A DNA stretch of 64,000 bases, from NCBI GenBank assembly GCA_016183325.1, contig JACPEV010000008.1, positions 472 through 64,471 of the forward strand, in the 5' to 3' direction. This document shows, piece after piece, positions 53,508 through 62,775 of this stretch. A model generated the notes under the pieces. The model was given only the letters and a program-made list of their open reading frames with translations. It had not been told where the DNA came from and made no database searches. Position numbers and translations under genes: made by a program. The stretch is from Candidatus Curtissbacteria bacterium (lineage in GTDB: Bacteria > Patescibacteriota > Microgenomatia > Curtissbacterales > GWA2-41-24). The stretch's first letter is position 1. Each line of letters starts with the position of its first letter.

Positions 53508-54341
53508 TTATTGTGACGATACTACTACAAATGTGGCGAAGTTGGAAATGACGGCGCTTATGGTCTTGTTTTTCTCGTTGAAGGTTGACTCTAACTCTTC
53601 TATCTGCCCGTCATTATGATTATATGCATATATCTTTGCGTCCTCGTCTGATTTTATTTCGAGCTTGGCATTTTGTAAGAACTTAGGAGGAATTGAAAAG
53701 ATTCCGTAAACCGGAAGCTTGGCTGATTTAAATTTATCGTCTTTGGGAATTCCTACTGTGTCTGCTGTAATAACCCAATAATCTTTATCGAGACTTAAGC
53801 TAGAAACCGTGATATTTCCGAGTGAATCATGGATTGAGTTTGTTTGACCTGTGACACGCATTATGTCCCACTTTGTTTCAGAAAGATATTCGGTTTCACC
53901 CTTGAACATGTGCATCGTAAGTTTGCCGTCTGTAATGCCTTGATCAGGGCTTCTGACTTTCTTAGAAGCAGTGCCTAAAAGAATCGATTTTTTGAATTTC
54001 GCGTCTTTAGTATTAACATCTGTACCTGTTGCGCCCCTTTCTAATTTTTGTCCAGGAACCTGAGGGTTATCTGCAAGATAAATCAGTTCATATTCGATTT
54101 TGTCAAAACTGGCCATATTTTCAACAGAAATGACAATTTCTACACCGTCTGATGTCGGGGTTAAAGTTACATATGGTCTTTCTTCTGTTTTAAGGTTTGC
54201 GACTTCTTTTACCTCGTTTGAGGCAACATCTGTTTCGATTTCTTTTGGTTTTTTTTGGAAGATAAAGAGAAAATAAATGGCAGTTATTATGACCAGTAAA
54301 CTTATAGCGGCAATAATATAGGTGCTGCGCTTAGATTCCAT
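53508..54341 (-). CDS. hypothetical membrane-anchored extracytoplasmic protein
   Basis: 277 aa, N-terminal TM segment, β-rich. Confidence 0.35.
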   Translation of the reverse strand: MESKRSTYIIAAISLLVIITAIYFLFIFQKKPKEIETDVASNEVKEVANLKTEERPYVTLTPTSDGVEIVISVENMASFDKIEYELIYLADNPQVPGQKLERGATGTDVNTKDAKFKKSILLGTASKKVRSPDQGITDGKLTMHMFKGETEYLSETKWDIMRVTGQTNSIHDSLGNITVSSLSLDKDYWVITADTVGIPKDDKFKSAKLPVYGIFSIPPKFLQNAKLEIKSDEDAKIYAYNHNDGQIEELESTFNEKNKTISAVISNFATFVVVSSQ

Positions 54342-54963
54342 TTAAAAATCGTGAGGTGGTTAGCTTTGATTGTGTCAGGCCCTCAATTAATCTATCAAGA
54401 AATAATAAAATGTTGGAGTAAGAATTTTGAGTCAATTTAATTTTTCCCTTGATGGTTTCAAAATTGTCTTTCTCAAATGTGGCAAGGATGTACTTTACTT
54501 TTGGATTTTTAAGATAATGACTAGTAAAAAAGCCAAGGCTTGAAAGAAGTTTAATTTTGAATACACACGAAAGCAGAGAAAATTGTTCGTCTTTTTCTAT
54601 TCTTTTTAAGAACTGCACAAGAAGAATGAAAACTTCTAGATTCTTTTGATGGGATGCTGTCAAATTTTCAACGATTTCCAAAAGATGATAGATGCGATTG
54701 GCGCGCTCTTCGGTGAAATTGGCGATGCCAAAAGCGCGTTTGGTTTCGGCTTCTGTCACGAGATCAATGTTTTTACCGCGGGCAACAAAAAGTTTGCACC
54801 AATTGCCAAGTTCAATGTGGCCGGCCTTTTTAGATCGTGGACGACGGGCACCTTTGGCGATTGCCGTGATTTTGCCGTGGTCGCGGGTGAAGATTGTCAA
54901 AAGCCTGTCCGCTTCCCCAAAGTTGCGCTTTTTGAGAATTACTCCCTCGGTCGCAAAGTACAT
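54331..54963 (-). CDS. recO: DNA repair protein RecO
   Basis: The N-terminal OB fold (GVILKKRNFGEADRLLTIFTRDHGKITAIAKGARR) is typical of RecO. Confidence 0.8.
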   Translation of the reverse strand: MYFATEGVILKKRNFGEADRLLTIFTRDHGKITAIAKGARRPRSKKAGHIELGNWCKLFVARGKNIDLVTEAETKRAFGIANFTEERANRIYHLLEIVENLTASHQKNLEVFILLVQFLKRIEKDEQFSLLSCVFKIKLLSSLGFFTSHYLKNPKVKYILATFEKDNFETIKGKIKLTQNSYSNILLFLDRLIEGLTQSKLTTSRFLNGI

Positions 54964-55092
54964 ACCACTATTGTATCAAGTATCATGGATCAAGTTTCAA
55001 GTTTTGATAAAATCAGCATTACCTACTTATCAAGGTATTCTAAATCCGGTTTGGAATAGCTTTACAAATCAGGATTTCGACGGTATCTAATT

Positions 55093-55146
55093 CCCTACTC
55101 GCCAAGCTAATCCGAACCCGGTTTGGTCTACGTTGGCGAGCAAGGG
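55093..55146. repeat. REP-like hairpin flanking the RAYT gene (left)
   Basis: ccctactcgccaagctaatccgaacccggtttggtctacgttggcgagcaaggg is the near reverse complement of 55844-55896. ctcgccaa/ttggcgag forms an internal stem. Confidence 0.55.
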
Positions 55147-55821
55147 TTATTCTAGGGTGAGATGTTTGATTATGTTAAGTTTTTGCTGATAGCCGGCTTG
55201 ATCATAAACGAATTTTCTGTAATCTTGAATGGATTTAAAGTAATTTAAAATTACCTGCGTGTTTACAAAGCTTTGAACATTTCCTTCATTTAAATAACTT
55301 CTAAATGACGACCACGGATAGTTATCTAAATCCCCTATTCTGATAATAAAAGCAGACACGGGATTCAAGTGAATATATCTTGAGACATGTAATAATTGTT
55401 CATCATTTTCAATTCTCACTGCTTTGAACATAGATTGAAATAGTGAGCCAGTTCTTTCATTTTTAGTATTAAAGTATTTCGAGCAACTATGCTGAAAGTT
55501 TGTCATAAAATTGGAAATTGATTTTTCCTCTAAAGCTTTTAACAAGAAATGTACATGGTTTGGCATAATACAAAAAGCAATAATTTCTAAGAAAGGTTTA
55601 TAACTTCGTGCTAAATTTTCTAAAAAAACAGCCCTTTGAGCTGCTGGTAATTGTTTATACTTGGAAAACTTTAATGGCGGTTTTGGGTATCGATAAAAAC
55701 TGATAACCTCAAGAGCTCGCTGATAATCCTTTTGGCTTAGAAAAATTGGCTGTTTGGCAATACTTCTGTTAAAAACATGATAAACTTCTCCAGGAACTAA
55801 AGGTATTTTGCGATAAGGCAT
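55147..55821 (-). CDS. IS200/IS605-like Y1 (HUH) transposase of the REP-associated tyrosine transposase (RAYT) type
   Basis: YHVFNRS N-terminus, HUH motif MPNHVHFLL, C-terminal SRYIHLNPV with a candidate catalytic Tyr. 224 aa. Flanked by REP-like inverted repeats. Confidence 0.7.
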   Translation of the reverse strand: MPYRKIPLVPGEVYHVFNRSIAKQPIFLSQKDYQRALEVISFYRYPKPPLKFSKYKQLPAAQRAVFLENLARSYKPFLEIIAFCIMPNHVHFLLKALEEKSISNFMTNFQHSCSKYFNTKNERTGSLFQSMFKAVRIENDEQLLHVSRYIHLNPVSAFIIRIGDLDNYPWSSFRSYLNEGNVQSFVNTQVILNYFKSIQDYRKFVYDQAGYQQKLNIIKHLTLE

Positions 55822-55843
55822 ATCTTGATCTTAATCGAGTATT

Positions 55844-55896
55844 CCTTACTTGTCAACGTATTCCGAACCGGGTTCGGACTAGCTTGGCGAGTAAGG
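55844..55896. repeat. REP-like hairpin flanking the RAYT gene (right)
   Basis: ccttacttgtcaacgtattccgaaccgggttcggactagcttggcgagtaagg contains the perfect palindrome ccgaaccgggttcgg. Confidence 0.55.
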
Positions 55897-55972
55897 ATAA
55901 GGCAGTTTGCAAGTTTTGCGGGCTTTGATTTGTTCAAGACCTCTGTATCAAGTATCATATATCAAACGGCAT

Positions 55973-56512
55973 ATGAAAACTGGGGAAATATATGATGTAG
56001 TGGACAAACGAGGCAGGAAAATCGGGTCTGCTACTTGGGTTGAATGTCATACAAAGGGCTTATTGCATCAAGCTGTTCATGGAATTTTATTTAAAGATAA
56101 GTCAAGAAAAGAGGTTTTAATCAAGAGAAGAAGTCTCGGAATGGTTCAGGGACCAGGTCAATGGGAAATTGCCGTGGCAGGACATATGATTTCCGGTGAT
56201 ACACCAAAACAAGCAATATTAAAAGAAATTGAAGAAGAACTCTTCTGTGAGAATAAAGTACCAAGTGACATAATCGTAAAAAGGATTTGTTCTTATTTTA
56301 ATAACGATATTTTGGATAATCATGAAATTGCTTACCTATTTGAAATAATATACCCTGGGCCATTTTATATTGATCAAGAAGAGTCAAGCGGAGAGCCGAA
56401 GTGGGTAAACTTGATGGATTTAGTAAATGATACGAAATTTAATCCAAAAAAATATGCTCAGTTTTCAATTAATGCAATTAATACTTATCTTTCAAGGAGT
56501 CCACAAACTTAG
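55973..56512 (+). CDS. NUDIX hydrolase
   Basis: GHMISGDTPKQAILKEIEEELF matches the Nudix box. Start set at MKTGEIYDV; the ORF track starts 22 codons earlier. Confidence 0.7.
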   Translation: MKTGEIYDVVDKRGRKIGSATWVECHTKGLLHQAVHGILFKDKSRKEVLIKRRSLGMVQGPGQWEIAVAGHMISGDTPKQAILKEIEEELFCENKVPSDIIVKRICSYFNNDILDNHEIAYLFEIIYPGPFYIDQEESSGEPKWVNLMDLVNDTKFNPKKYAQFSINAINTYLSRSPQT

Positions 56513-58323
56513 AGTTTGACAATCAATTCTTTGTCGGTTGTTAGCGGGAAGGGTTTTTGTTTTTTGCCGAAGGCGTCGATTTCGTAAGTTGGACCCGCTG
56601 TTCCGGGCTGTTTTTGCATTAGGAGTTTATAAACTTTGTCCGCTTTAATGGGAACTGTGTATTCAATCTCAATTTTGCCGGTGCCTTCCGGACGCAGGGT
56701 GAAAAAACCTTCAAAAACGATTTTACCAAGATCTTCAGTTGCCGTAATTGGTACTTCAGTCCCTGATGCTTTTATAAGGCTCGAACCTTTCGGCACGTAG
56801 ATTCTGATCCAATCCCTATAAATTCCTGCTAAACAAAGACCACCTTTTCTCTCGAGTGAACAATTGTCCATGCGTCTGGGGTATTTATATTCGATGGTTA
56901 GAGTTTTGTGGATATTGCCGTCTTTATCTTTTTTGGCCACCTGCCTAACCTTTTGTTGTATATAAAGATTGCTTTTGGCACCGCCAAGATTAGCCTCGTT
57001 GATGTTTAAATAATCGCCATCATATTCGTAAAGCCGACCGGCAAAATTGATGCGCTCGACAGCTTCTTGAGACTGGGAATCGTGGAAGTATAAAAGCAGA
57101 TGTTTTTGTCTGAGAGAATCAATGGCAGTCCCCAAGAGATTTGGCCAGGTCGATTTGGGAGCATTAAAAGCTTGATCCATCATTTGTTGCATCAAAACCC
57201 CAATGATGCCTTTTCTGGAACCTTTTTCGTAGGCCACCGGCTCGTCGGCAAACTTTTCCAGCTCGTAAATGATTTGCGGACAATCACAAACGTCGACTTT
57301 ATCGGTGGTAAATTTGGTGCCATAGGCTTCGATAGGACCTAAGACTTCCATCATACTTAAAACAAACTGCGTATCGAGTGCGATGATACCGTCAATAACT
57401 TTTTTATCGCCAGCGGCCTCATAGAGCTTTTCAAATTGTTTCATGGAAGCAAAAAAGTCGGGAGACCAATTGGAATCGCGTAAATTAAGATTGGAAACGT
57501 TAAGATATGTGGCAATTGGCCCGGGGGGAGGAACTCTTTTTAATAAAGTGTTGTCTAAATTGTAAATGTCATTTGATCCCTCTGAAGCAATAGTGCCCTT
57601 GTTGATTCTGAAAACGGCATAAGCGGTGATAAAACCACCGGTGGGGCGCAGTTCTTTGTCGTTCTGAAAAAGGATGAGGTATTTCTTTTCTTTTTGCTGA
57701 CCCATAATTTCCGGTAGAACTAAAAGGAGAGGCTTGGTATCAACCACCAGAGACTCAAGTTGATCGACAGTTTGTTTTGCCTGCGCAAGCAAAGTACCAG
57801 GTTTACCTGGCAAGAAATTGGGGTAACGCCAAGATTCAATTCTATCGATTTGATCTCTGGCTTTTTGAAGACTTTTGCCTACTTCGTCAATTTGGGGAGT
57901 AACAAGAGAGAGCGTCTCGATAGCTTTTGCCAGTCTTTCGGCAGCAGTCCCTCCCAAAAATGTGCCTTGGCCCACCAGTCCAAGAACATCGGCATAGGGA
58001 GTGATAGCATCGGCAAAAGTAATAGCCGCACCAAGTCCATCAATGGCAGCACCAATACCTCTTTGGACGTCCGCAACGTACCAACCCAAAAGCGGGACGA
58101 TTCTGAGGGGGGTAAAAACTGAAACCCACTTTTTGGTGGTATTAAACTCTTTTTTTGCATCTTTTAAATAAGCCTTAGTGGCATCCAGGTCCTGAAGTTT
58201 GGCGGCTCCGACGGCTTTTTGGGTGGTTGAGATGGCGCGCTTGGCAGAGAAAACGGTGAGGATGGCAAAAATACCGTAGAATACTACTAATATTAAGATA
58301 ATTAAGGTTATTCTTTTTCTCAT
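56509..58323 (-). CDS. DUF4012-like membrane-anchored protein of the glycan-synthesis cluster
   Basis: 604 aa, N-terminal TM segment, large extracytoplasmic domain. It neighbours the sugar-transferase genes. Confidence 0.45.
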   Translation of the reverse strand: MRKRITLIILILVVFYGIFAILTVFSAKRAISTTQKAVGAAKLQDLDATKAYLKDAKKEFNTTKKWVSVFTPLRIVPLLGWYVADVQRGIGAAIDGLGAAITFADAITPYADVLGLVGQGTFLGGTAAERLAKAIETLSLVTPQIDEVGKSLQKARDQIDRIESWRYPNFLPGKPGTLLAQAKQTVDQLESLVVDTKPLLLVLPEIMGQQKEKKYLILFQNDKELRPTGGFITAYAVFRINKGTIASEGSNDIYNLDNTLLKRVPPPGPIATYLNVSNLNLRDSNWSPDFFASMKQFEKLYEAAGDKKVIDGIIALDTQFVLSMMEVLGPIEAYGTKFTTDKVDVCDCPQIIYELEKFADEPVAYEKGSRKGIIGVLMQQMMDQAFNAPKSTWPNLLGTAIDSLRQKHLLLYFHDSQSQEAVERINFAGRLYEYDGDYLNINEANLGGAKSNLYIQQKVRQVAKKDKDGNIHKTLTIEYKYPRRMDNCSLERKGGLCLAGIYRDWIRIYVPKGSSLIKASGTEVPITATEDLGKIVFEGFFTLRPEGTGKIEIEYTVPIKADKVYKLLMQKQPGTAGPTYEIDAFGKKQKPFPLTTDKELIVKL

Positions 58324-58486
58324 AACAATTCTTGGTATTTAGAAAATAGTTACCAGAAATTGGAATTTAGTTATATGAGAGCATATTTTCTTTAAGAAAA
58401 GAGAAATTTGGAACTGGAAATTTGTTTAGGTCCATTTTCTATTATCTAATTTCCAATACTATTTTCTATTTTCCATTTACTATTTT

Positions 58487-59137
58487 CTATATTGCTCCCC
58501 TAGCGGTAATCATGGCAATTGGTGTTTTTAAAATAATCCATAAATCATAAAGGATCGATCGTTTCTTGATATAGGCGGCATCCATGACAACACGTTTGTC
58601 AAAATTGATAAAAGATCTTCCAGAAACTTGCCAAGGACCGGAAGCACCGGGCCGAGCCTGAAGAATTATTCTAACGTATTTTGCTGTTTTAGGGTAAACT
58701 TTCTGCTGATGCGCAAGCTCATCCGCTTGATATGCCCGGGGGCCAACAAGAGACATATGACCCATTAGGACATTGATTAGTTGAGGCAGTTCGTCAAAAG
58801 AAAACTTTCTTAAAAATTTGCCGACAGGGGTAATTCTGGGATCATTTTGCAGCTTGTAACTGTTGAGCTGATATTCTTTCATCAACTTTGGATTACTTTC
58901 TAGATATTTTTCGGCATGAACCAGTTCGCCTTTGATTTCATACATGTACATACTTCTAAACTTAAGCATTTTAAAAAGCTTGCCACCTTTGCCTACTCTT
59001 TGAGGACCATAAAGAACTGGGCCTTTTGAGGTGAGTTTAATAAGAATCGAGACGATGATAAAGATTGGCGAAAAGACGAACAGGGCAACGGTGCTGCCGA
59101 TAATATCGATAGTACGTTTCAGGGAATCGTAAAGCAT
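58487..59137 (-). CDS. PglC/WbaP-type polyprenyl-phosphate sugar-phosphotransferase (small form)
   Basis: Motifs KFRSM…DELPQLINVLMGHMSLVGPRA. 216 aa, N-terminal TM segment. Confidence 0.85.
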   Translation of the reverse strand: MLYDSLKRTIDIIGSTVALFVFSPIFIIVSILIKLTSKGPVLYGPQRVGKGGKLFKMLKFRSMYMYEIKGELVHAEKYLESNPKLMKEYQLNSYKLQNDPRITPVGKFLRKFSFDELPQLINVLMGHMSLVGPRAYQADELAHQQKVYPKTAKYVRIILQARPGASGPWQVSGRSFINFDKRVVMDAAYIKKRSILYDLWIILKTPIAMITARGAI

Positions 59138-59245
59138 ATCTTTGGAATTTCTAATTTCTAATTTATCTAATTAACCTAAATTTGTTTGACTCTTGACTCA
59201 TTGGGAATTGTTTAGAAATTAGAATAATTAGACAAATTAGGTTAA

Positions 59246-60349
59246 TTACAAATACTGCTCTTTTTTCTCTTCTTTTAACTTTTCAATTATTTTTTTGACA
59301 TCATGAGTTCTGTCTTTTGTGCAAACAAGTAGAGCATCCTCTGTATCAACTACAATAAGACCTTCGAGGCCGATAGCTGCTATTATTTTTTTGTCCGTTG
59401 ATGAATAGATTAAACAATCTTTCAGATCAAGATCAACAACATTCCCCTGCAGAATATTTTCCCGGGGCTGTGAGGACATTTCTTCTTTTAATTCGTCCCA
59501 AGTCCCGACGTCTCTCCATCCAAGATCAGCTGAGATTACAACTTGATCTGTTCCTGTAAGATGAGAGTTGATGGCATAATCAATCGAATTTTTGGGAATT
59601 TTTTCGTATTCTTTTTGAATAACCGCCTGCTGCTGATGTGTCCCCCAAGCCTTCTGGATTTTCATCAAAGCCTCCCAACCCTCTTTGAAATGTTTTTCGT
59701 AAAGGTTCAGCATTTTTTGGGCACTCCAGACAGAATATCCAATATGCCAAAGGTATTCCCATGACTGGACAAATTTTTTGGCCGTCTTGTAATCGGGTTT
59801 TTCAATCTGGCTGACGAATTCAAAAATGGCTAGACCATCGTCGCTTTTAAGCATTTTCCCAACCTTCAAATAACCTAAGGCGATGCTGGGGAGAGTTGGG
59901 CGGACTCCGATTTCCACAAATTTGTCCATCTCCTTGACAGCTTTATCGGCAAGCCGTATAGCCTTTAAAAATTCCTGTTCGTTTCTAACTACATGATCGC
60001 TCCAAAGCCCCAGTACATTAGGATTATCAAATTTTTTATCTAGAACTGCGGCTGATAAGCCAACGGCGGCGGCTGTATCGCGCATTTGGGGCTCAATGAT
60101 GATATTCTCAAGGGGAATAGCTGGAGCTAGCTTAACAATCCATTGTACGTTATCACGCGTTGTAACCGGAAAGATATCATGCATTTGAAATTCAGGTTTA
60201 AGACGGTTGATCATCATTTCAAATGTAGATTCGCCTTCTATTAACGGCTGAAACTGCTTGGGTAAATTTCTGCGGCTCATTGGCCACATGCGAGTTCCGC
60301 TGCCGCCACAGAAAAGAGCAATTTTTAAATCTTTATGAGAATTTTGCAT
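59246..60349 (-). CDS. mannose-1-phosphate guanylyltransferase-like NDP-sugar pyrophosphorylase
   Basis: LFCGGSGTRMWPMSRRNLPKQF is the ManC-type signature. 367 aa. Confidence 0.7.
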   Translation of the reverse strand: MQNSHKDLKIALFCGGSGTRMWPMSRRNLPKQFQPLIEGESTFEMMINRLKPEFQMHDIFPVTTRDNVQWIVKLAPAIPLENIIIEPQMRDTAAAVGLSAAVLDKKFDNPNVLGLWSDHVVRNEQEFLKAIRLADKAVKEMDKFVEIGVRPTLPSIALGYLKVGKMLKSDDGLAIFEFVSQIEKPDYKTAKKFVQSWEYLWHIGYSVWSAQKMLNLYEKHFKEGWEALMKIQKAWGTHQQQAVIQKEYEKIPKNSIDYAINSHLTGTDQVVISADLGWRDVGTWDELKEEMSSQPRENILQGNVVDLDLKDCLIYSSTDKKIIAAIGLEGLIVVDTEDALLVCTKDRTHDVKKIIEKLKEEKKEQYL

Positions 60350-61637
60350 ACTTTGTGACTTGAAGTTTAAGTTTGCTGACGAACTCAGCTTGCGAAAATC
60401 TTAGAGTGTTATTTCTACAGGCTGTGCTATTCCATTTTACCTTACTTGCCCTAATAATTGCATCTTGAAGAGATATTGCGCTTTGGTCGCTGAAAAAAAG
60501 ACCTGTTTGCCCTTCAATTATGATTTCTCTAACTCCGCCTTTACTGTAAGCGATAACCGGCAGACCACAAGCTTGGGCCTCAACTGCGGCAATGCCAAAA
60601 TCTTCTTCCTGCGTTACGATTAACGCCTTGGCATTTTGATAAAGGTTGCGAAGTTGTTCCTTAGAAACAGCACCAAGAAACTCGATATCGTTTGTTATTG
60701 TTCGAGCTTGTCGAGAACTTACCTTATTCCCTTCTGTCATTCCGAACTTGTCTGATTTTATCGACCCGAATGGGTTTCGGAATCTTAGCGTAGATCCTGA
60801 AACGAGTTCAGGATGACGTGGCGTGGTATGGTAACTTCTCGACTCCCCTGCACCATACGGTGCAGGGTCGCTCAAAGAATAATTAAGTGAAGATGTATTC
60901 TTGGCTATATTTTGCAGCCTCCTCTCGTCCGGTCCGGTTCCCACAATTTTGAGGTTAACTTTAAGAACTTGGGCCGCTTTTATGGCAATTTCTACTTTTT
61001 TCCACTTCACCAGTCTCGTGACGATTAGAAAAAAATCATTTGACCGTTTACCTTTGGTCGCTTGGAAAAAATCTGTATCGACTGCGGGGTAAACCACTTC
61101 ACTATCTATACCGTAATGTTCTTTGACTAGTTGGGCGACATTTTTGGAATTGGCAATATAGCGATCTACTCTGGTTGAGGCAATTTTATCCCATTTCTCA
61201 AGCCATTTAAGAAGCGGAGAAAAAAGTATTCTTAAAATTTGGGGCAAATATTCCATTTTGGCTTTTTCACTCCAGAGGAATCTGGGAACGCTATTGATAT
61301 AGCAGATATGGAGAGTTTTAGGTTTGGTAATAATACCTTTGGCAAATCTGGTTGTTGATGAGATAACCAGATCAAAATCGTTGAAATTGAAACTCTCAAA
61401 GGCAATTGGGTAAAGCGGCAGGAGAAATTTATACCACTTTCGCGCAATAGCGTATTTTTGGAATATTTGCAGGAATGAGGGTCGGACCCTATTTCGGCTT
61501 ATTGTGGCGGGCAGTTTATTCCAATCAACAAGCGAGGTATAGATAGGAGCCTCGGACCAAATTTGAGCAATTGCGGCAAACAAATTCTCCGCTCCCCCAC
61601 TTTGGATGAAGTCATCGTGGACGAGGGCAATTTTCAT
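60333..61637 (-). CDS. GT4-family glycosyltransferase with an in-frame ~50-aa element-derived insertion
   Basis: N-terminal KIALVHDDF…GGAE and C-terminal EFLGAVSKEQL…EDFGIAAVEAQACGLPVIA are the GT4 cores. The insertion SDPAPYGAGESRSYHTTPRHPELVSGSTLRFRNPFGSIKSDKFGM lies between them. Confidence 0.75.
   Translation of the reverse strand: MKIALVHDDFIQSGGAENLFAAIAQIWSEAPIYTSLVDWNKLPATISRNRVRPSFLQIFQKYAIARKWYKFLLPLYPIAFESFNFNDFDLVISSTTRFAKGIITKPKTLHICYINSVPRFLWSEKAKMEYLPQILRILFSPLLKWLEKWDKIASTRVDRYIANSKNVAQLVKEHYGIDSEVVYPAVDTDFFQATKGKRSNDFFLIVTRLVKWKKVEIAIKAAQVLKVNLKIVGTGPDERRLQNIAKNTSSLNYSLSDPAPYGAGESRSYHTTPRHPELVSGSTLRFRNPFGSIKSDKFGMTEGNKVSSRQARTITNDIEFLGAVSKEQLRNLYQNAKALIVTQEEDFGIAAVEAQACGLPVIAYSKGGVREIIIEGQTGLFFSDQSAISLQDAIIRASKVKWNSTACRNNTLRFSQAEFVSKLKLQVTKYAKFS
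60736..60870. repeat. GC-rich hairpin element inserted in frame in the glycosyltransferase gene
   Basis: gtcattccgaa…ttcggaatc, cctgaaacgagttcagg and ctgcaccatacggtgcag. It is bounded by GTCATTCCG/AGGATGAC, as the 16952-17019 element is bounded by GTCATTCTG/CAGAATGAC. Confidence 0.5.
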
Positions 61638-61745
61638 TTGTAAAGATTATATATCAGCCTTGAACTTCGCTCAATCTGATATATGTCGCTCTGCGAAGCA
61701 GAGGAAGACATATCAGCGATGCTAAATTGGTGTATAATTGTTTTT

Positions 61746-61943
61746 ATGGCAATCGACTGGACCAAAATATTTCAAAAGTATAAAGGTAAGTGGGTGGCAC
61801 TAAAAGACGATGAAAAGACTGTTGTAGCTAGTGGCAGCACTGCAAAAGAAGCTTGGGACAGGGCACAAAGCAAAGGTTTTAAGAAACCAATTCTAAGTCG
61901 TATGCCCACCAAACTCATTCCCTATGTTGGCTTCGGGGTATGA
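61746..61943 (+). CDS. small partner protein of the retropepsin cassette, copy 3
   Basis: MAIDWTKIFQKYKGKWVALKDDEKTVVASGSTAKEAW…; 4-nt overlap (ATGA) with the protease gene. Alternative starts lie upstream at 61683 and 61719. Confidence 0.5.
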   Translation: MAIDWTKIFQKYKGKWVALKDDEKTVVASGSTAKEAWDRAQSKGFKKPILSRMPTKLIPYVGFGV

Positions 61944-62335
61944 AATTTCGCTATAAGAAATACGGCCCTCAAGTTCTGCGTCCAGTTATTCCAATCGAAG
62001 TTATCTATGAAAGTATAGCTGTACCATATGAAGTTCTAGTTGATTCGGGCGCAGATTCTAACATTTTTGATGCTCAAATTGCTCAGATTTTAGGCTTAGA
62101 TTTACTTCTAGGGAAGCATGCTGAAGTTTCTGGAATCACTGGAGTCGAAGAATCTATGTATATTCACAATCTCGATCTATTGGTTGGTGGTCATTTATTT
62201 AAGAATGTGGAGGTTGGTTTTCTTAAACATATGGGGCATCTTGGTTACGGTGTCGTTGGGCAAAAAGGCTTCTTTGATTTATTCGTGGTGAAATTTGACT
62301 TAAAGAAAGAAATTATTGAATTAAAGCCTCGGTAA
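61940..62335 (+). CDS. retropepsin-like (clan AA) aspartic protease, cassette 3
   Basis: EVLVDSGADSNIFDAQIAQILGLD. 131 aa. Confidence 0.6.
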   Translation: MKFRYKKYGPQVLRPVIPIEVIYESIAVPYEVLVDSGADSNIFDAQIAQILGLDLLLGKHAEVSGITGVEESMYIHNLDLLVGGHLFKNVEVGFLKHMGHLGYGVVGQKGFFDLFVVKFDLKKEIIELKPR

Positions 62336-62775
62336 GTGCTTTTCGGATTTCTCTTCTTAATTCTTGCTTCGCTTTTGTATCAGTTTGCTTCCATTTCTTG
62401 TCGGGTTTACAAAGGCCACAAGTAGATTTTCTTTTGACCATAAGAAAATATATTAACACACATTATGATTATTGTTTTATGATTATTGTTCGAACTTAAT
62501 GAGAACTTTCCTGACTTCACTTTAATGATTTAAATCATTAAAGTATTCAGCTTTAAAAACCATCACTGCTTGTGACATATCATAAACAATGATGGTAAGC
62601 CGACGTTGGAATTTTGAGGTCTTCGACTCTGAGGAATGAGCCCTCAGGCTCAGACTCGAGCGAGCTAATTTGAGGCTAAAATTCAAACTTGTCGAAAATT
62701 GTCAATTTGTAATTTTAGGCACGGGGGAATTTTGAAACTATCCTGTAGTTCTCTTTTTACAGGTTACTAAAACGG

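Noticed and set aside
59150-59250. Long AT-rich imperfect palindrome (aatttctaatt…aattagaaatt) between the guanylyltransferase and sugar-transferase genes
   Set aside because: It is likely a bidirectional terminator or low-complexity spacer. It has no similarity to the other repeat families and is not distinctive enough to call.
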